A DNA stretch of 64,000 nt from Planctomycetota bacterium (GTDB lineage Bacteria > Planctomycetota > GCA-002687715 > CAIWVZ01), in the NCBI GenBank assembly GCA_044222185.1, contig JBGANV010000001.1:1088001-1152000 (forward strand). The letters run 5' to 3'. How positions within the stretch are numbered: position 1 is the stretch's first letter; each line of letters opens with the position of its first letter. The notes under the pieces are model-generated. The model saw only the letters and a list, made by a program, of their open reading frames with translations. It did not search any database and was not told where the DNA came from. Of this stretch, positions 53,446 to 63,800 are shown one piece after another. The translations under genes were made by a program, and so were the position numbers.

Positions 53446-54867
53446 ATGACCGACTCCCAAGCCCGAACACCCCTCGACCCCCTCGAACGCGCGCTGCTGC
53501 GTTGCGGATTCGCGAAGGGCGACCACGTCGGCGTGGCCGTGTCGGGCGGCCCCGATTCGACGAGTGCTCTCGCGGCCACCGCGGCTCTCGGGTGTCGCGT
53601 GGGTTTCACCGTCACCGCGATCCACGTCGACCACGGACTGCGCGGCCCCGCCGCCGCGTTCGCCGACGAACGCGCCGTCGCGCGATGCTGCGAAATCCTG
53701 GGAGTCGACTTCCTCGTTCGGAAGGCAGATGTCCTGACGCGCGATCGAGGCGGCAGTCGCTCGATCGAATTCGCGGCCCGCGAAGCCCGCTACGCGGTGT
53801 TTCGGGAGGTCGCCGCCACCGTGCGAATCACCCACCTCGTCCTCGGCCACCACCGCGACGATCAGGATGAACACGTGATCCTGGCGCTCCTGCGCGGGAG
53901 CTGGCCGCAGGCACTCGCGGGAATGCCCCCTGCACGAGACTTGATCCCCGGTTGCACGCTCGTCCGCCCCTTCCTCGACCTGCGCAAGTCCGAACTCGGC
54001 GCTCGACTGGGAGACCTGCCGATCTCCGAAGACGAATCGAACGCGGCCCCCGCTCACCGGCGCAACGTCGTGCGTCTGGCGCTTCTACCGGCGCTCCAAA
54101 AGACCAGCGACGCGACGGCGACCGTGCTCGCGCGCGTCCGCCGCCAGTCCTCCGCTCTCACCGAAGCCTGCGCCGCCCGCGTGAACGCCGTGCGACCGCG
54201 GCTTTTGATCCACCGCGAGCCCGGCCTCATCGTGCTGGACGCGCGAACCCTGACGCAGGAGGCGCGCCTGGCGCGGGCCTGGATCCTGCGCGCACTTTGC
54301 AACGAGGACCGAACGATCGTCGGCCCGGCGTCGTGGCAGCTCGTGCGCCAGCTCGAGGACGCGCTCGGTGGCACCGACACCGCCGCCTGGGAGATCAAGC
54401 GTGGGGTGTGGATCGAACGGCGAGACGGCCGCATCCACGTTTTTCGCGACCCGCCCGCGACGGACCCTGGGCCGCCGGTCGCGGCTGGCGAATCGGAATG
54501 GGTCCTGTTCGACGACGGCGTGAGGCGGATCTCATTGCGTGCGGAGTCGCGTGACGGCGATGGTCGCTGCCCGAACGTCGCGGTACGCCGCGCGCGGCCG
54601 AGTGACCGATTCCCACTGGAGAACGGCGGCACGCAAAGTCTCGCGGACCTGCTGTCGAATCGCCACGTTCCGCGCGCGTTCCGCCGGCGGGTCCCAGTGC
54701 TGATCGCCGACGGGCGGATCGCGTGGGTCGTGGGAGTGCGTTCCGCCGCGGTCCCGTCGACCCCTGGAATGCGATGGACCGCGTGGGTCGACGGGAGTGT
54801 GCCGTGGGCGCGGACCGAAGGGCCGCACCCGGCACCGATGACCGTTCAGGTCACTTGTAGGCGATGA
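53446..54867 (+). CDS. tilS: tRNA(Ile)-lysidine synthetase
   Basis: AVSGGPDS, HVDHGLR, E.AAR.ARY, HH.DDQ.E, RPFL, DESN...RN.VR. Confidence 0.92.
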   Translation: MTDSQARTPLDPLERALLRCGFAKGDHVGVAVSGGPDSTSALAATAALGCRVGFTVTAIHVDHGLRGPAAAFADERAVARCCEILGVDFLVRKADVLTRDRGGSRSIEFAAREARYAVFREVAATVRITHLVLGHHRDDQDEHVILALLRGSWPQALAGMPPARDLIPGCTLVRPFLDLRKSELGARLGDLPISEDESNAAPAHRRNVVRLALLPALQKTSDATATVLARVRRQSSALTEACAARVNAVRPRLLIHREPGLIVLDARTLTQEARLARAWILRALCNEDRTIVGPASWQLVRQLEDALGGTDTAAWEIKRGVWIERRDGRIHVFRDPPATDPGPPVAAGESEWVLFDDGVRRISLRAESRDGDGRCPNVAVRRARPSDRFPLENGGTQSLADLLSNRHVPRAFRRRVPVLIADGRIAWVVGVRSAAVPSTPGMRWTAWVDGSVPWARTEGPHPAPMTVQVTCRR

Positions 54868-56083
54868 CGTAACCGTCCTTCGTGAGTCCGAGCAGGAGGT
54901 TGGCCTCCGGTGCGCCCATGACCCAGTCGAAGGAGCCGAGTGTCGCTTTGGCGGTCGTCCGGCCGGTCTTGGCGTCGACGCGCCAGACTTCGTGGCCGTG
55001 GCCGCGGAGGTATGCCCGCTTGGCGTTGTACGCGAGGCCTTCGGTCGCGAGCTCGAAGCCCTCCGGCGCCTTGTCGACGTCGGACGCGCGCCACACGCTC
55101 AGGCCGGTCGTCAGGTCGACCGCGACGAGGCGATCCGCGTTGTGCGCGAAGACGACGTTCCCGCTGACGGTGGCCGCCGTGACGAAGGGTGACTCCGTCC
55201 GGTAGGTCCAGCGAGAAACGCCCGTTGCGCCGTCGAGGCAGTACAGCCCTCGATCCTGACAGGACGCGATGAGGCTCACGGAGTGCTTCCCGGCCTCGAC
55301 CGTGTCCGACATCGTGAGTGCGTTGCAGGCTCCGAGGAGGCGCGTCCGCCATGCGGCGTCGACAGGGGCAACCTCGTTCCATCCCATCGCGGGGACGGCG
55401 ACGACCTCGCCATCCAGCCCGCCGACGATTGCGAGACCCCGTGGAAGCCGCGGAGTGACGATGGGACCGGCCGTGATGACGGACGTCGCGGCGAAACGCC
55501 ACGCGGTCCGCGCATCGACGGGGTTGAGCGCGAGGATCTGGTTGGTCGCGAGGCCGGCGGCGAACACCGTGGTGTCCGTCGACGCCAGCGGCATCGTCGT
55601 GGCCACGTTGAGCTCGGTCCGCATGCGGAACTCGTGAGCCCCCGTCCGGCGATTGACGACGATCATCCCGCCGTCGGTCTCGGTGACGAACACGACGTAG
55701 CGATCGCCGGGGCGAGGATCCAGGCGGACCTTCTTCGGTCCCAGCACGACCACCCACTTGCGCTCACCCACCTTCAGGTCGACGCAGATGACTTCGTACT
55801 GGCGCTTCGCCGGATTGAACTGCTCGAGGTACAGGTCTGAGCCACTGACCCAGGCGTCCTCGAGGGTCCCGCCATCGAGGCAGTTCCAAGCGAAAGCGCG
55901 CTCCATTCCCACGCCGGCCATCTCACTCGCCAGCATTTCGACACGACTGGAATTGTCCGCGAGGGGCGCGGACGTCTCCTGGGTCGAGGTGTTCGTCGTC
56001 TGTGCACACGACGCGAACAACAACACCAGGCCCAGAACGGGGGCTATGCCCCGATTCCGAATGAGCATGAGCGCGGTCTCCAA
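54851..56083 (-). CDS. PQQ-like beta-propeller lipoprotein (BamB-like)
   Basis: Lipobox LFASC; repeated ..D..TG...W blades. Confidence 0.75.
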   Translation of the reverse strand: METALMLIRNRGIAPVLGLVLLFASCAQTTNTSTQETSAPLADNSSRVEMLASEMAGVGMERAFAWNCLDGGTLEDAWVSGSDLYLEQFNPAKRQYEVICVDLKVGERKWVVVLGPKKVRLDPRPGDRYVVFVTETDGGMIVVNRRTGAHEFRMRTELNVATTMPLASTDTTVFAAGLATNQILALNPVDARTAWRFAATSVITAGPIVTPRLPRGLAIVGGLDGEVVAVPAMGWNEVAPVDAAWRTRLLGACNALTMSDTVEAGKHSVSLIASCQDRGLYCLDGATGVSRWTYRTESPFVTAATVSGNVVFAHNADRLVAVDLTTGLSVWRASDVDKAPEGFELATEGLAYNAKRAYLRGHGHEVWRVDAKTGRTTAKATLGSFDWVMGAPEANLLLGLTKDGYVIAYK

Positions 56084-56136
56084 AGTGAGCTTGAGCAGCC
56101 TATCTTTTTTCCCGGTTCGAGCGCGTAAGCGGCACT

Positions 56137-56164
56137 AATATAGGCACGTAGGAAAACGAGTCAA
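56137..56164 (-). promoter_or_regulatory. Putative sigma70 promoter for the beta-propeller gene
   Basis: TTGACT-16 nt-TATATT. Confidence 0.45.
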
Positions 56165-56206
56165 GAAAACCTGCGGACGTCTCCGTCGCCCCTGATCGCG
56201 CGCTCG

Positions 56207-56941
56207 ATGCCCGACCCCACCCCTTCGCCTGAAAATCTCCGCGCCATCGTCGCGGCGAACCTCGCGTCCGTCCGCCTGCGGATCTCGGCCGCAGAGCGGT
56301 CTGCGGGACGCAGTTCGGGCTCCGTTCGCCTCGTCGCCGTCACGAAGTCCGTGACGGTTGAGGGTGCGATCGCGCTCGCCCGGGAGGGGGTCCTCGACCT
56401 GGCGGAGAACCGTCCGGAGAACCTCGTCGAGAAAGCGTCGGCACCCGGCCTGGCCGGAGTCGTCTGGCATCTGATCGGGACCTGGCAGCGTCGAAAAGTC
56501 CGCGATTCGATCGCGCGCGTGGGCATCGTCCATTCCGTGCACAGCCTGGACCTGGGCCGGGAGATCTCGCGGCGAGCGTCGGACGCAGGGCGGCGCCTCC
56601 CCGCGCTCGTCCAGGTCAACATCTCGGGGGAACCATCGAAGCAGGGCCTGACGGCCGAGGAAGCGCCCGCAGCGATCGACGCCCTCCACGCGCTGAGCGG
56701 GATCCGGATCGACGGCCTGATGACGATGGCTCCGGAGGGCGCCGACGGATCGACGCTCCGGCGCATCTTTGCTGCGACCCGCGCGCTCCGCGACCGTCTG
56801 GCAACGCACGAACACCCGCTCCCGGAACTGTCCATGGGAATGTCGTCCGATTTCGAGCCCGCCATCCTCGAAGGCTCCACCATGGTGAGGATCGGGTCGG
56901 CGCTGTTTCGCGGCATTCCTTCCGGCGGGACGCTGACATAG
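56207..56941 (+). CDS. yggS: PLP homeostasis protein YggS
   Basis: LVAVTK, WHLIG..Q..K, VQVNISGE.SK.G, GLMTM, LSMGMS.DF, G.TMVRIG. Confidence 0.95.
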   Translation: MPDPTPSPENLRAIVAANLASVRLRISAAERSAGRSSGSVRLVAVTKSVTVEGAIALAREGVLDLAENRPENLVEKASAPGLAGVVWHLIGTWQRRKVRDSIARVGIVHSVHSLDLGREISRRASDAGRRLPALVQVNISGEPSKQGLTAEEAPAAIDALHALSGIRIDGLMTMAPEGADGSTLRRIFAATRALRDRLATHEHPLPELSMGMSSDFEPAILEGSTMVRIGSALFRGIPSGGTLT

Positions 56942-56977
56942 ACTCTGGTCCCTCCAGGCCCGAACAACGTTGTCTGC

Positions 56978-59671
56978 ATGCCGATCCTGATCGTCGAAAG
57001 AGGAAACGAACGAGGTCGCCGTTTCGACCTGAAGCCAGGTGCCCGTTTCGTTTTCGGCAGGGACGAAGCCTCGACCCTCGTCACCAGCGACCACCTCTGC
57101 TCGCGGCAGCACTTCGCCGTCGAGGAGAGGAACGGTGCATGGGTGGCCGTCGACCTCGGCTCGTCGAATGGCACCTTCGTCAACGAGGAACGCATCACGG
57201 AGCGGACGCTCGCATTCGGCGACTTCATCGGCGCCGGCGAGACGCAACTGCTCTATCACCAGGACGAAGCCAGCGCGGGCCGCGGTCTCGCCGGCAAGGT
57301 CGTCGGTGGATACAAGATCCTCGAGCGCCTCGGTCGCGGTGGCATGGGCACGGTGTACAAGGCGAACCAGATCAGCCTGAACCGGGTCGTCGCCCTGAAG
57401 GTGCTCTCCCACCGAGTCAGCGCCGATCCAGCCTTCGTGAAGCGGTTCCAGGCCGAGGCCCAGGCGGCCGGCCGGCTCAACCATCCGAACATCGTCCAGG
57501 TCTACGACGTCGGCAACGACCAGCGGCTGCACTACTACTCGATGGAGTACATCGAGAACGGAAGCGTGCAGACCCTCGCGACGAAGCTCGGCACGCTCCC
57601 CATGGACCTGGCGATCGCGGTGATCACGGACGCGGCTCGAGGCCTCGTCTACGCCGAGAAGCGCAACCTCGTTCACCGCGACATCAAGCCCGACAACTTG
57701 ATGATCAACAGCGAAGGCGTGGTGAAGATCGCCGACCTGGGACTCGCGCGCGACGCTGGTGAGCGTGCGCGCCACTCGGGAGAGAAGTCGGAGGGAACGG
57801 GCGAAGACAGTGACATCTTCGGCACTCCCCATTTCATCTCCCCCGAACAGGCCCAGGGCAAGGCCGTCGACACGCGTTCCGACATCTACTCGCTCGGCGC
57901 GACCTTCTACCGGCTCACCGCCGGCCAGACGCCCTTCAGCGGCGAGAACGTCCAGGAGATCATCCAGAAACAGATCGACGAGGAGCCCGTCCCCATCCGC
58001 AAACAGCGGAAGGACTGCAGCCCTGCCGTCGCCGCGATCATCGAGAAGATGATGCAGAAGGACCCTGGCGCCAGGTACCAGTCGGCGCAGGACCTGCTCA
58101 ACGATCTCGAGTCGTTGGAGAAGACCGCCGCGGGCGGTTCAGGCAAGCTGGTCGCCGCCATCGTTGCGCTCGTCGTCCTGGCCGGCGGCGGTTTCGCCGC
58201 GTGGAAGGCACTTGGAGCGAAGCCCGAAGTGGTCGTGGCGCCCCCCGTCGACACGAAGCCGACGGCGACCCGCCCGAGTACCGACGACGGGAGCGACCTG
58301 AACTCCACCGAGCAGGAGCGCGAAGCCGCGCGCGTGGCTTTCCTCGCCGTGCGCGACGCCGAGGACCAGGCCGTGGCCGCCGGCAACGCCGACTGGCCCG
58401 CTCTGCGCACCCGCTACCAGACCGTCGCGGACAGCTACGCCCGAACCGCCTTCGGAAAGAACGCCCGCGAACGCGTGACCGCGATCGACAAGATCGTCGC
58501 CGCCAACGAGGCCAAGGCCGCGGCGCTCGCGGCAGCGGCCGAGTCGCGGGCGGCCGCCGTCCGAGGCTCCATCGAGAAGGCGAAGTCGGCGGCCGAGACC
58601 GCCGCCAAGGAGGACCGATTCGCCGACGCGCTCGCCGCCGTGCAGAAGGCTCGACGTGAGATCGGGCCCGGAGCTGAAGGTGCGGCGCTCGACCAGCTGA
58701 CCGAGTCCTTGAAAAAGCAGGCGATCGCGCGCGTGACGGCTCTCGGCGACAGCGCCAAGGCGCTCGAGCAGGCCGGCAAGCTCGACGACGCGGAAAAGTT
58801 GCTGCGTGACGCCGCGGCGGCATTCGTCGGTGAGAACACGGGGACCGCACGCCAGCCGTTCGAGAACGGTGCAGCACAGCTCACGACCGCCGCCGCCGGA
58901 GTGCGCGCCCGCGGAGAGGAACGAAATCGCGCCGACATGGAACACGATCGTCAGCTCGTCTTCCAGACCCGCAAGTCCGTCGGTACGAGCCTCACGCACA
59001 ACTTCGACCCGGACCAGGCGAAGACCGCGCTCACCCAGGCCTCCAACGAACTCCGGCGGGCCGATCAGAAGGCGGCGATCGCCGCTGACCTGGAGGCTCT
59101 GGATGCGGCGATCCGTCTGCGCACGCAGTGGGTCGAGTTCCTCCAGGCGCAGATCCCGCGCGGACTCAAGCTCAAGCTGCCGACGTCGCCGGATCGCAAG
59201 AAGACCGGAGACTTCACGATCGTCAGCGTGAACTCGACGGGCCTCGTCGGAAAGCGCGGGACCGGCGAGATGCCGTTCACGTTCTCATCCTTCACCACGG
59301 TCGAGTTCTACGACTACTTCCTGAAGGACTGGGTCGAGAAGAACGACGCCACGCACGCCGATGCGGCGCAGCTGCTCATGCTGGGTGGAGCGCCCGACCG
59401 CGCCCTCGACCTCGCGAACACCCTGAAGGATCCTGCCGTGAAGGATTCCCTCATCGGCATCGCGAAGCGCGAGGCGGAGGCCGCGGCGCTACTCGCGGAG
59501 GTTCGCGACCTCGCGCAAAAGGCGACGACCGACGAGTCGGTCACGGGCCGGCTGTACCGCAAGGTCAACCGTCTCCTCGACGAGTTCGGAACGACGCGCA
59601 CCACGTTGATGAACCGTCGCGCCCCGCCGGCGCCCATGAGCCGCCCGACCTCGCGCGATTCGCTTCGGTGA
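56978..59671 (+). CDS. FHA-domain Ser/Thr protein kinase with TM and helical C-terminal region
   Basis: FHA GR...SRQH...SSNGT; GRGGMG, VALK, HRDIKPDN, DLGLA, GTPHFISPEQ; TM LVAAIVALVVLAGGGF. Confidence 0.92.
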   Translation: MPILIVERGNERGRRFDLKPGARFVFGRDEASTLVTSDHLCSRQHFAVEERNGAWVAVDLGSSNGTFVNEERITERTLAFGDFIGAGETQLLYHQDEASAGRGLAGKVVGGYKILERLGRGGMGTVYKANQISLNRVVALKVLSHRVSADPAFVKRFQAEAQAAGRLNHPNIVQVYDVGNDQRLHYYSMEYIENGSVQTLATKLGTLPMDLAIAVITDAARGLVYAEKRNLVHRDIKPDNLMINSEGVVKIADLGLARDAGERARHSGEKSEGTGEDSDIFGTPHFISPEQAQGKAVDTRSDIYSLGATFYRLTAGQTPFSGENVQEIIQKQIDEEPVPIRKQRKDCSPAVAAIIEKMMQKDPGARYQSAQDLLNDLESLEKTAAGGSGKLVAAIVALVVLAGGGFAAWKALGAKPEVVVAPPVDTKPTATRPSTDDGSDLNSTEQEREAARVAFLAVRDAEDQAVAAGNADWPALRTRYQTVADSYARTAFGKNARERVTAIDKIVAANEAKAAALAAAAESRAAAVRGSIEKAKSAAETAAKEDRFADALAAVQKARREIGPGAEGAALDQLTESLKKQAIARVTALGDSAKALEQAGKLDDAEKLLRDAAAAFVGENTGTARQPFENGAAQLTTAAAGVRARGEERNRADMEHDRQLVFQTRKSVGTSLTHNFDPDQAKTALTQASNELRRADQKAAIAADLEALDAAIRLRTQWVEFLQAQIPRGLKLKLPTSPDRKKTGDFTIVSVNSTGLVGKRGTGEMPFTFSSFTTVEFYDYFLKDWVEKNDATHADAAQLLMLGGAPDRALDLANTLKDPAVKDSLIGIAKREAEAAALLAEVRDLAQKATTDESVTGRLYRKVNRLLDEFGTTRTTLMNRRAPPAPMSRPTSRDSLR

Positions 59672-59982
59672 GCGTGACGATCCAGGAGACGCGGGAGGGT
59701 GTCGTCTTCCGCGTCCGCTGCCGCCCTTCGGCGCCGAAGACGCGGCTCGCGGGCGAACATGCGGGATCCCTCAAGGTCGACCTCGCCGCGCCGCCCGAGC
59801 GCGGCAAAGCGAACGCGGAACTCGTGCGATTCCTCGCCAAGACGCTCGGTGTCGACGCGGCTGCGATCCGGATCTCCGCCGGCGAGAGCGGCCGTGAGAA
59901 ATCCATCCGCCTTTCGGGTATCACTTTGGCCTCACTCGCCGCGAAACTCGCGGCCATTGACGGGGGAACGTCGCACTCATGA
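59668..59982 (+). CDS. yggU: DUF167/YggU protein
   Basis: V...P.A......G.....LKV...APPE.GKAN..L...LA..LG......I..GE.GR.K. Confidence 0.9.
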   Translation: MSVTIQETREGVVFRVRCRPSAPKTRLAGEHAGSLKVDLAAPPERGKANAELVRFLAKTLGVDAAAIRISAGESGREKSIRLSGITLASLAAKLAAIDGGTSHS

Positions 59983-60803
59983 CGACACTGAATCAGCAGA
60001 TCCGCGAATCCGCCGACGCCGTGCGCGCCGCGGTCGGCGACCTGCGTCCTGAGGTCGGCATCATCCTCGGTACGGGGCTCGGCAGCCTGGGCTCGGAGAT
60101 CGAGTCCCGCAAGACGATGCCCTACTCCGAAATCCCGCACTTCGCGCGCTCGACGGTCGAATCGCATCGAGGGGATCTCGTGTTCGGAACGCTCTCCGGC
60201 AAGCGCGTCGTCGCCATGGAGGGTCGGGTCCATTTCTACGAGGGCTATTCCATGCGCCAGATCACGCACCCGGTCCGCGTGATGAAGGCGCTGGGCGTTC
60301 ACACCCTCATCGTGACCAACGCATGCGGCGGCATGAATCCCCAGTGGAAGACCAGCGACATCATGGTGATCGACGATCAGATCAACCTGATGGGCGCCAA
60401 CCCGCTGATCGGCCCCAACGACGATGAGCTCGGGCCGCGCTTTCCGGACATGTCGCAGCCCTACGACCGCGAGCTCATCGGCCTCGCCCAGCGCGTCGCC
60501 CTGGAAGAGAAGATCACGCTCCAGAAAGGCGTGTTCGTCGCCGTCGCCGGACCCAACCTCGAGACGCGGGCGGAGTACCGTTTCCTGCGGACGATCGGAG
60601 CCGACGTCGTCGGCATGAGCACGGTGCCTGAAGTGATCGTCGCCGCACACCAAGGCACCCGCGCCCTCGGCTTCTCGATTATCACGGACAGCTGCCTTCC
60701 CGACGCGTTGCGGCCGGCGCAGCTGTCCGAAATCCTCGAAGCCGCAGCCCACGCCGAACCCAAGCTGAAGAAGCTGGTCAAAGGCGTGATCGCGAAGCTC
60801 TGA
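59979..60803 (+). CDS. punA: Purine-nucleoside phosphorylase
   Basis: [48 protein letters not shown]. Confidence 0.95.
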   Translation: MTTLNQQIRESADAVRAAVGDLRPEVGIILGTGLGSLGSEIESRKTMPYSEIPHFARSTVESHRGDLVFGTLSGKRVVAMEGRVHFYEGYSMRQITHPVRVMKALGVHTLIVTNACGGMNPQWKTSDIMVIDDQINLMGANPLIGPNDDELGPRFPDMSQPYDRELIGLAQRVALEEKITLQKGVFVAVAGPNLETRAEYRFLRTIGADVVGMSTVPEVIVAAHQGTRALGFSIITDSCLPDALRPAQLSEILEAAAHAEPKLKKLVKGVIAKL

Positions 60804-60863
60804 CCGCCTCGCGACAGAAACCCGAATCGATCGAAGGCCCCGTGATCCACGGAGACGCCACGA

Positions 60864-63800
60864 ATGTTCCAGGAAATAGGGGGCGCCCGGCGCCAGCAGG
60901 ATCTCGAAGATCGCGTACTCGCACGGTGGAAGGCGCAACGGATCTTCGCCCGCGCACAGGAACGGCGCGCGAATGCGCCGCGCTTCACGTTCTATGAGGG
61001 TCCGCCCACTGCGAACGGTCGCCCGGGCATCCATCACGTCCTCTCGCGAACGCTGAAGGACGCCATCTGCCGCTACCGCGACCTCACGGGCAGCTACGTG
61101 GAACGCAAGGCCGGGTGGGACACCCACGGCCTCCCCGTCGAGGTCGAGGTCGAGAAACAACTCGGCATCCACGGCAAGGCCGAGATCGTCGAATTCGGCC
61201 TCGAGAAGTTCACGGAACGCTGCATCGATTCCGTGTTCACCTACACGAGCGATTGGGAGCGCCTCACCGATCGGATCGGCTACTGGCTCGATCTCGATTC
61301 GGCGTACGTCACCTACCACGAACCCTACGTCGAGTCGGTCTGGTGGGCGCTGAAGACGCTCTTCGACAAGGGCGTCCTCTACCGTGGCCACAAGGTCGTC
61401 TGGTGGTGGCCGCAAGGGGGAACGGCCCTGTCGGCGGCGGAAGTGGGCCTCGCATACAAGACGACGGATGATCCGTCGGTCGTCGTTCGCTTCCGCGTCG
61501 CCCCCGCCTCCGATGGAACGCCGCGATCGCTCCTCGCCTGGACGACGACGCCCTGGACGCTCCCGTCGAACGTCGGCCTCGCGGTTGCAGCCGACCTTCC
61601 CTACGTGGAGGTTCGTCTGGAGCCGACGGAGAAGGCCCCCGAGAGAGAGATCGTCATCCTCGGTGAAGGGCTGCTGAGTTCCGTGCTCGGCGACCGGCCC
61701 TACGAGATCGTCAAGCGGTGCTTCGGTCGCGACCTCGTCGGCTTGAAGTACGAACCACCACTCCCATTCGGTGACCCGACGGGCGGCCGCGCCTGGGAAG
61801 TCGTCGCGGGCGACTTCGTCACGTTCGACGCCGGCTGCGGCATCGTCCACCTCGCACCCGCGTTCGGCGAGGACGACATGCGCGCCGCGAAGTCGACGGG
61901 CCTGGGCTTCCTCCAACTCGTGGAGCCCGACGGGACCATGTCGGCGGCGGTCACGCCGGCGGCGGGAATCTTCTGCAAGAAGGCCGACAGCATCCTCACG
62001 AAGGAACTGAAGGCACGTGGACTCCTCTTCAGCACCTCCGTCTACCGCCACGAGTACCCGTTCTGCTGGCGCGCCGAGAAGGATCCACTGATCCAGTACG
62101 CGCGACAGTCGTGGTTCATCCGCACGTCCGAGTTCAAGGAGCGGATGATCGAGATCAACGGCAGCGTCGACTGGCATCCGGAGCACATCCGCGAAGGACG
62201 GTTCGGCGATTTCCTGCGCAACAACGTGGACTGGGCCGTGTCTCGCGAACGGTTCTGGGGCACGCCGCTGCCGATCTGGATCAACGACGTGTCCGGCAAG
62301 ATGGACGTCGTCTCCTCGGTGGACGAGATCCTCTCGCGAAACCCGCAGGCATTCGCGGCATTCGACGAAGCCCGCAAGCAGAACCCCAAGCTCGCGTCCC
62401 ATCTCCGCGTCCACAAGCCGTGGGTCGACAACGTCACGTGGACGAAGCCCGGCGAGGCGGGCGTTTATCGCCGCGTCCCCGACGTGATCGACTGCTGGTT
62501 CGACTCCGGCGCCATGCCGTTCGCCCAGCGTCATTACCCGTTCGAAAACAAAGCGCTCTTCGAGTCCTCGTTCCCCGCCGATTACATCTGCGAGGGAATC
62601 GACCAGACGCGCGGCTGGTTCTACAGCCTGCTCGCCATTTCAACGCTGCTGTTCGACAAACCCGCCTACAAGCACGTGATCGTCAACGGCCACATCAACG
62701 ACAAGCACGGCAAGAAGATGTCGAAGTCGTTGGGCAACACCGTGAACCCTTGGGAGGTCCTCGACAAGTACGGCGCTGATCCGCTGCGCTGGTACCTCTT
62801 GGGCGGCAGTCCGCCGTGGCTGCCCAAGTCGTTCGACCCGGAGCAGATCGACGAGATCTCCAAGAAGGTGTTCGGGACGCTGTGGCCGTCGTTCAACTTC
62901 TTCGCGCTCTACGCACGCGTCGACGGGTGGAAGCCCGGACGGCCGGCGCCTGACGCCAAGAACCGATCCACGCTCGACCGGTGGCTTTTGTCCCGCGTGA
63001 ACTCCGTCGCTCGCGACGTTCGCGCCGCCCTCGAGAGCTACGACCCGCAGCGCGCGACTCGACTCCTCGCCGACCTCATCGACGAGATGTCCAACTGGTA
63101 CATCCGCCGAAATCGCGCGCGGTTCTGGAAGTCGACCGACCCCGCGGACAAGGCGGCGGCGTACGACACGCTGCATCGCACGTTGACGACGCTCGCGTTC
63201 CTCCTGGCGCCGATCGCGCCGTTCTCTGCCGACGAGCTGTATCTCGGCCTGCACCCGGCCGGCACCGGTCTCGAATCCGTCTTCCTCGGAGACATGCCCG
63301 CGGTCGACGAGAGTCTCATCGATCCGGCGCTCGAAGCGCGCATGGCGGCGGTCATCGCCGTCGTTTCGCTCGGCCGATCGGCTCGCACGACCTCCGGCCT
63401 CCGCGTCCGCCAGCCGCTCGCACGAATGATCGCGTCGGCCCCCGACGCCGCAGGGCTCGCAGCCCTGAAGGACGAAAGTCTCGCCGAGGAGATCAAGGAC
63501 GAGTTGAACGTGAAGGACCTCGTCACGGTCGACCGCCGCGCGGGCTACGTGGACGTCAGTCTGAAGCCGAACCTCCCCGTGCTCGGTCCCAAGCTCGGGA
63601 AACGGCTCGGCAAGGTGCGCGCGCTCCTCCAAGCTCCGACGCAGGAGATGATCCAGTCCGTCGACGAGACCGGCTCGGTCACCATCCAGGTCGACGGCGA
63701 AGCCATGACCCTCGGCCCCGACGACCTCATCGTCGAATGCACGGGCAAACCGGGATTCGCCGTCGCTGCCGAGCGCGGCTACCTGGCAGCGCTCGACACC

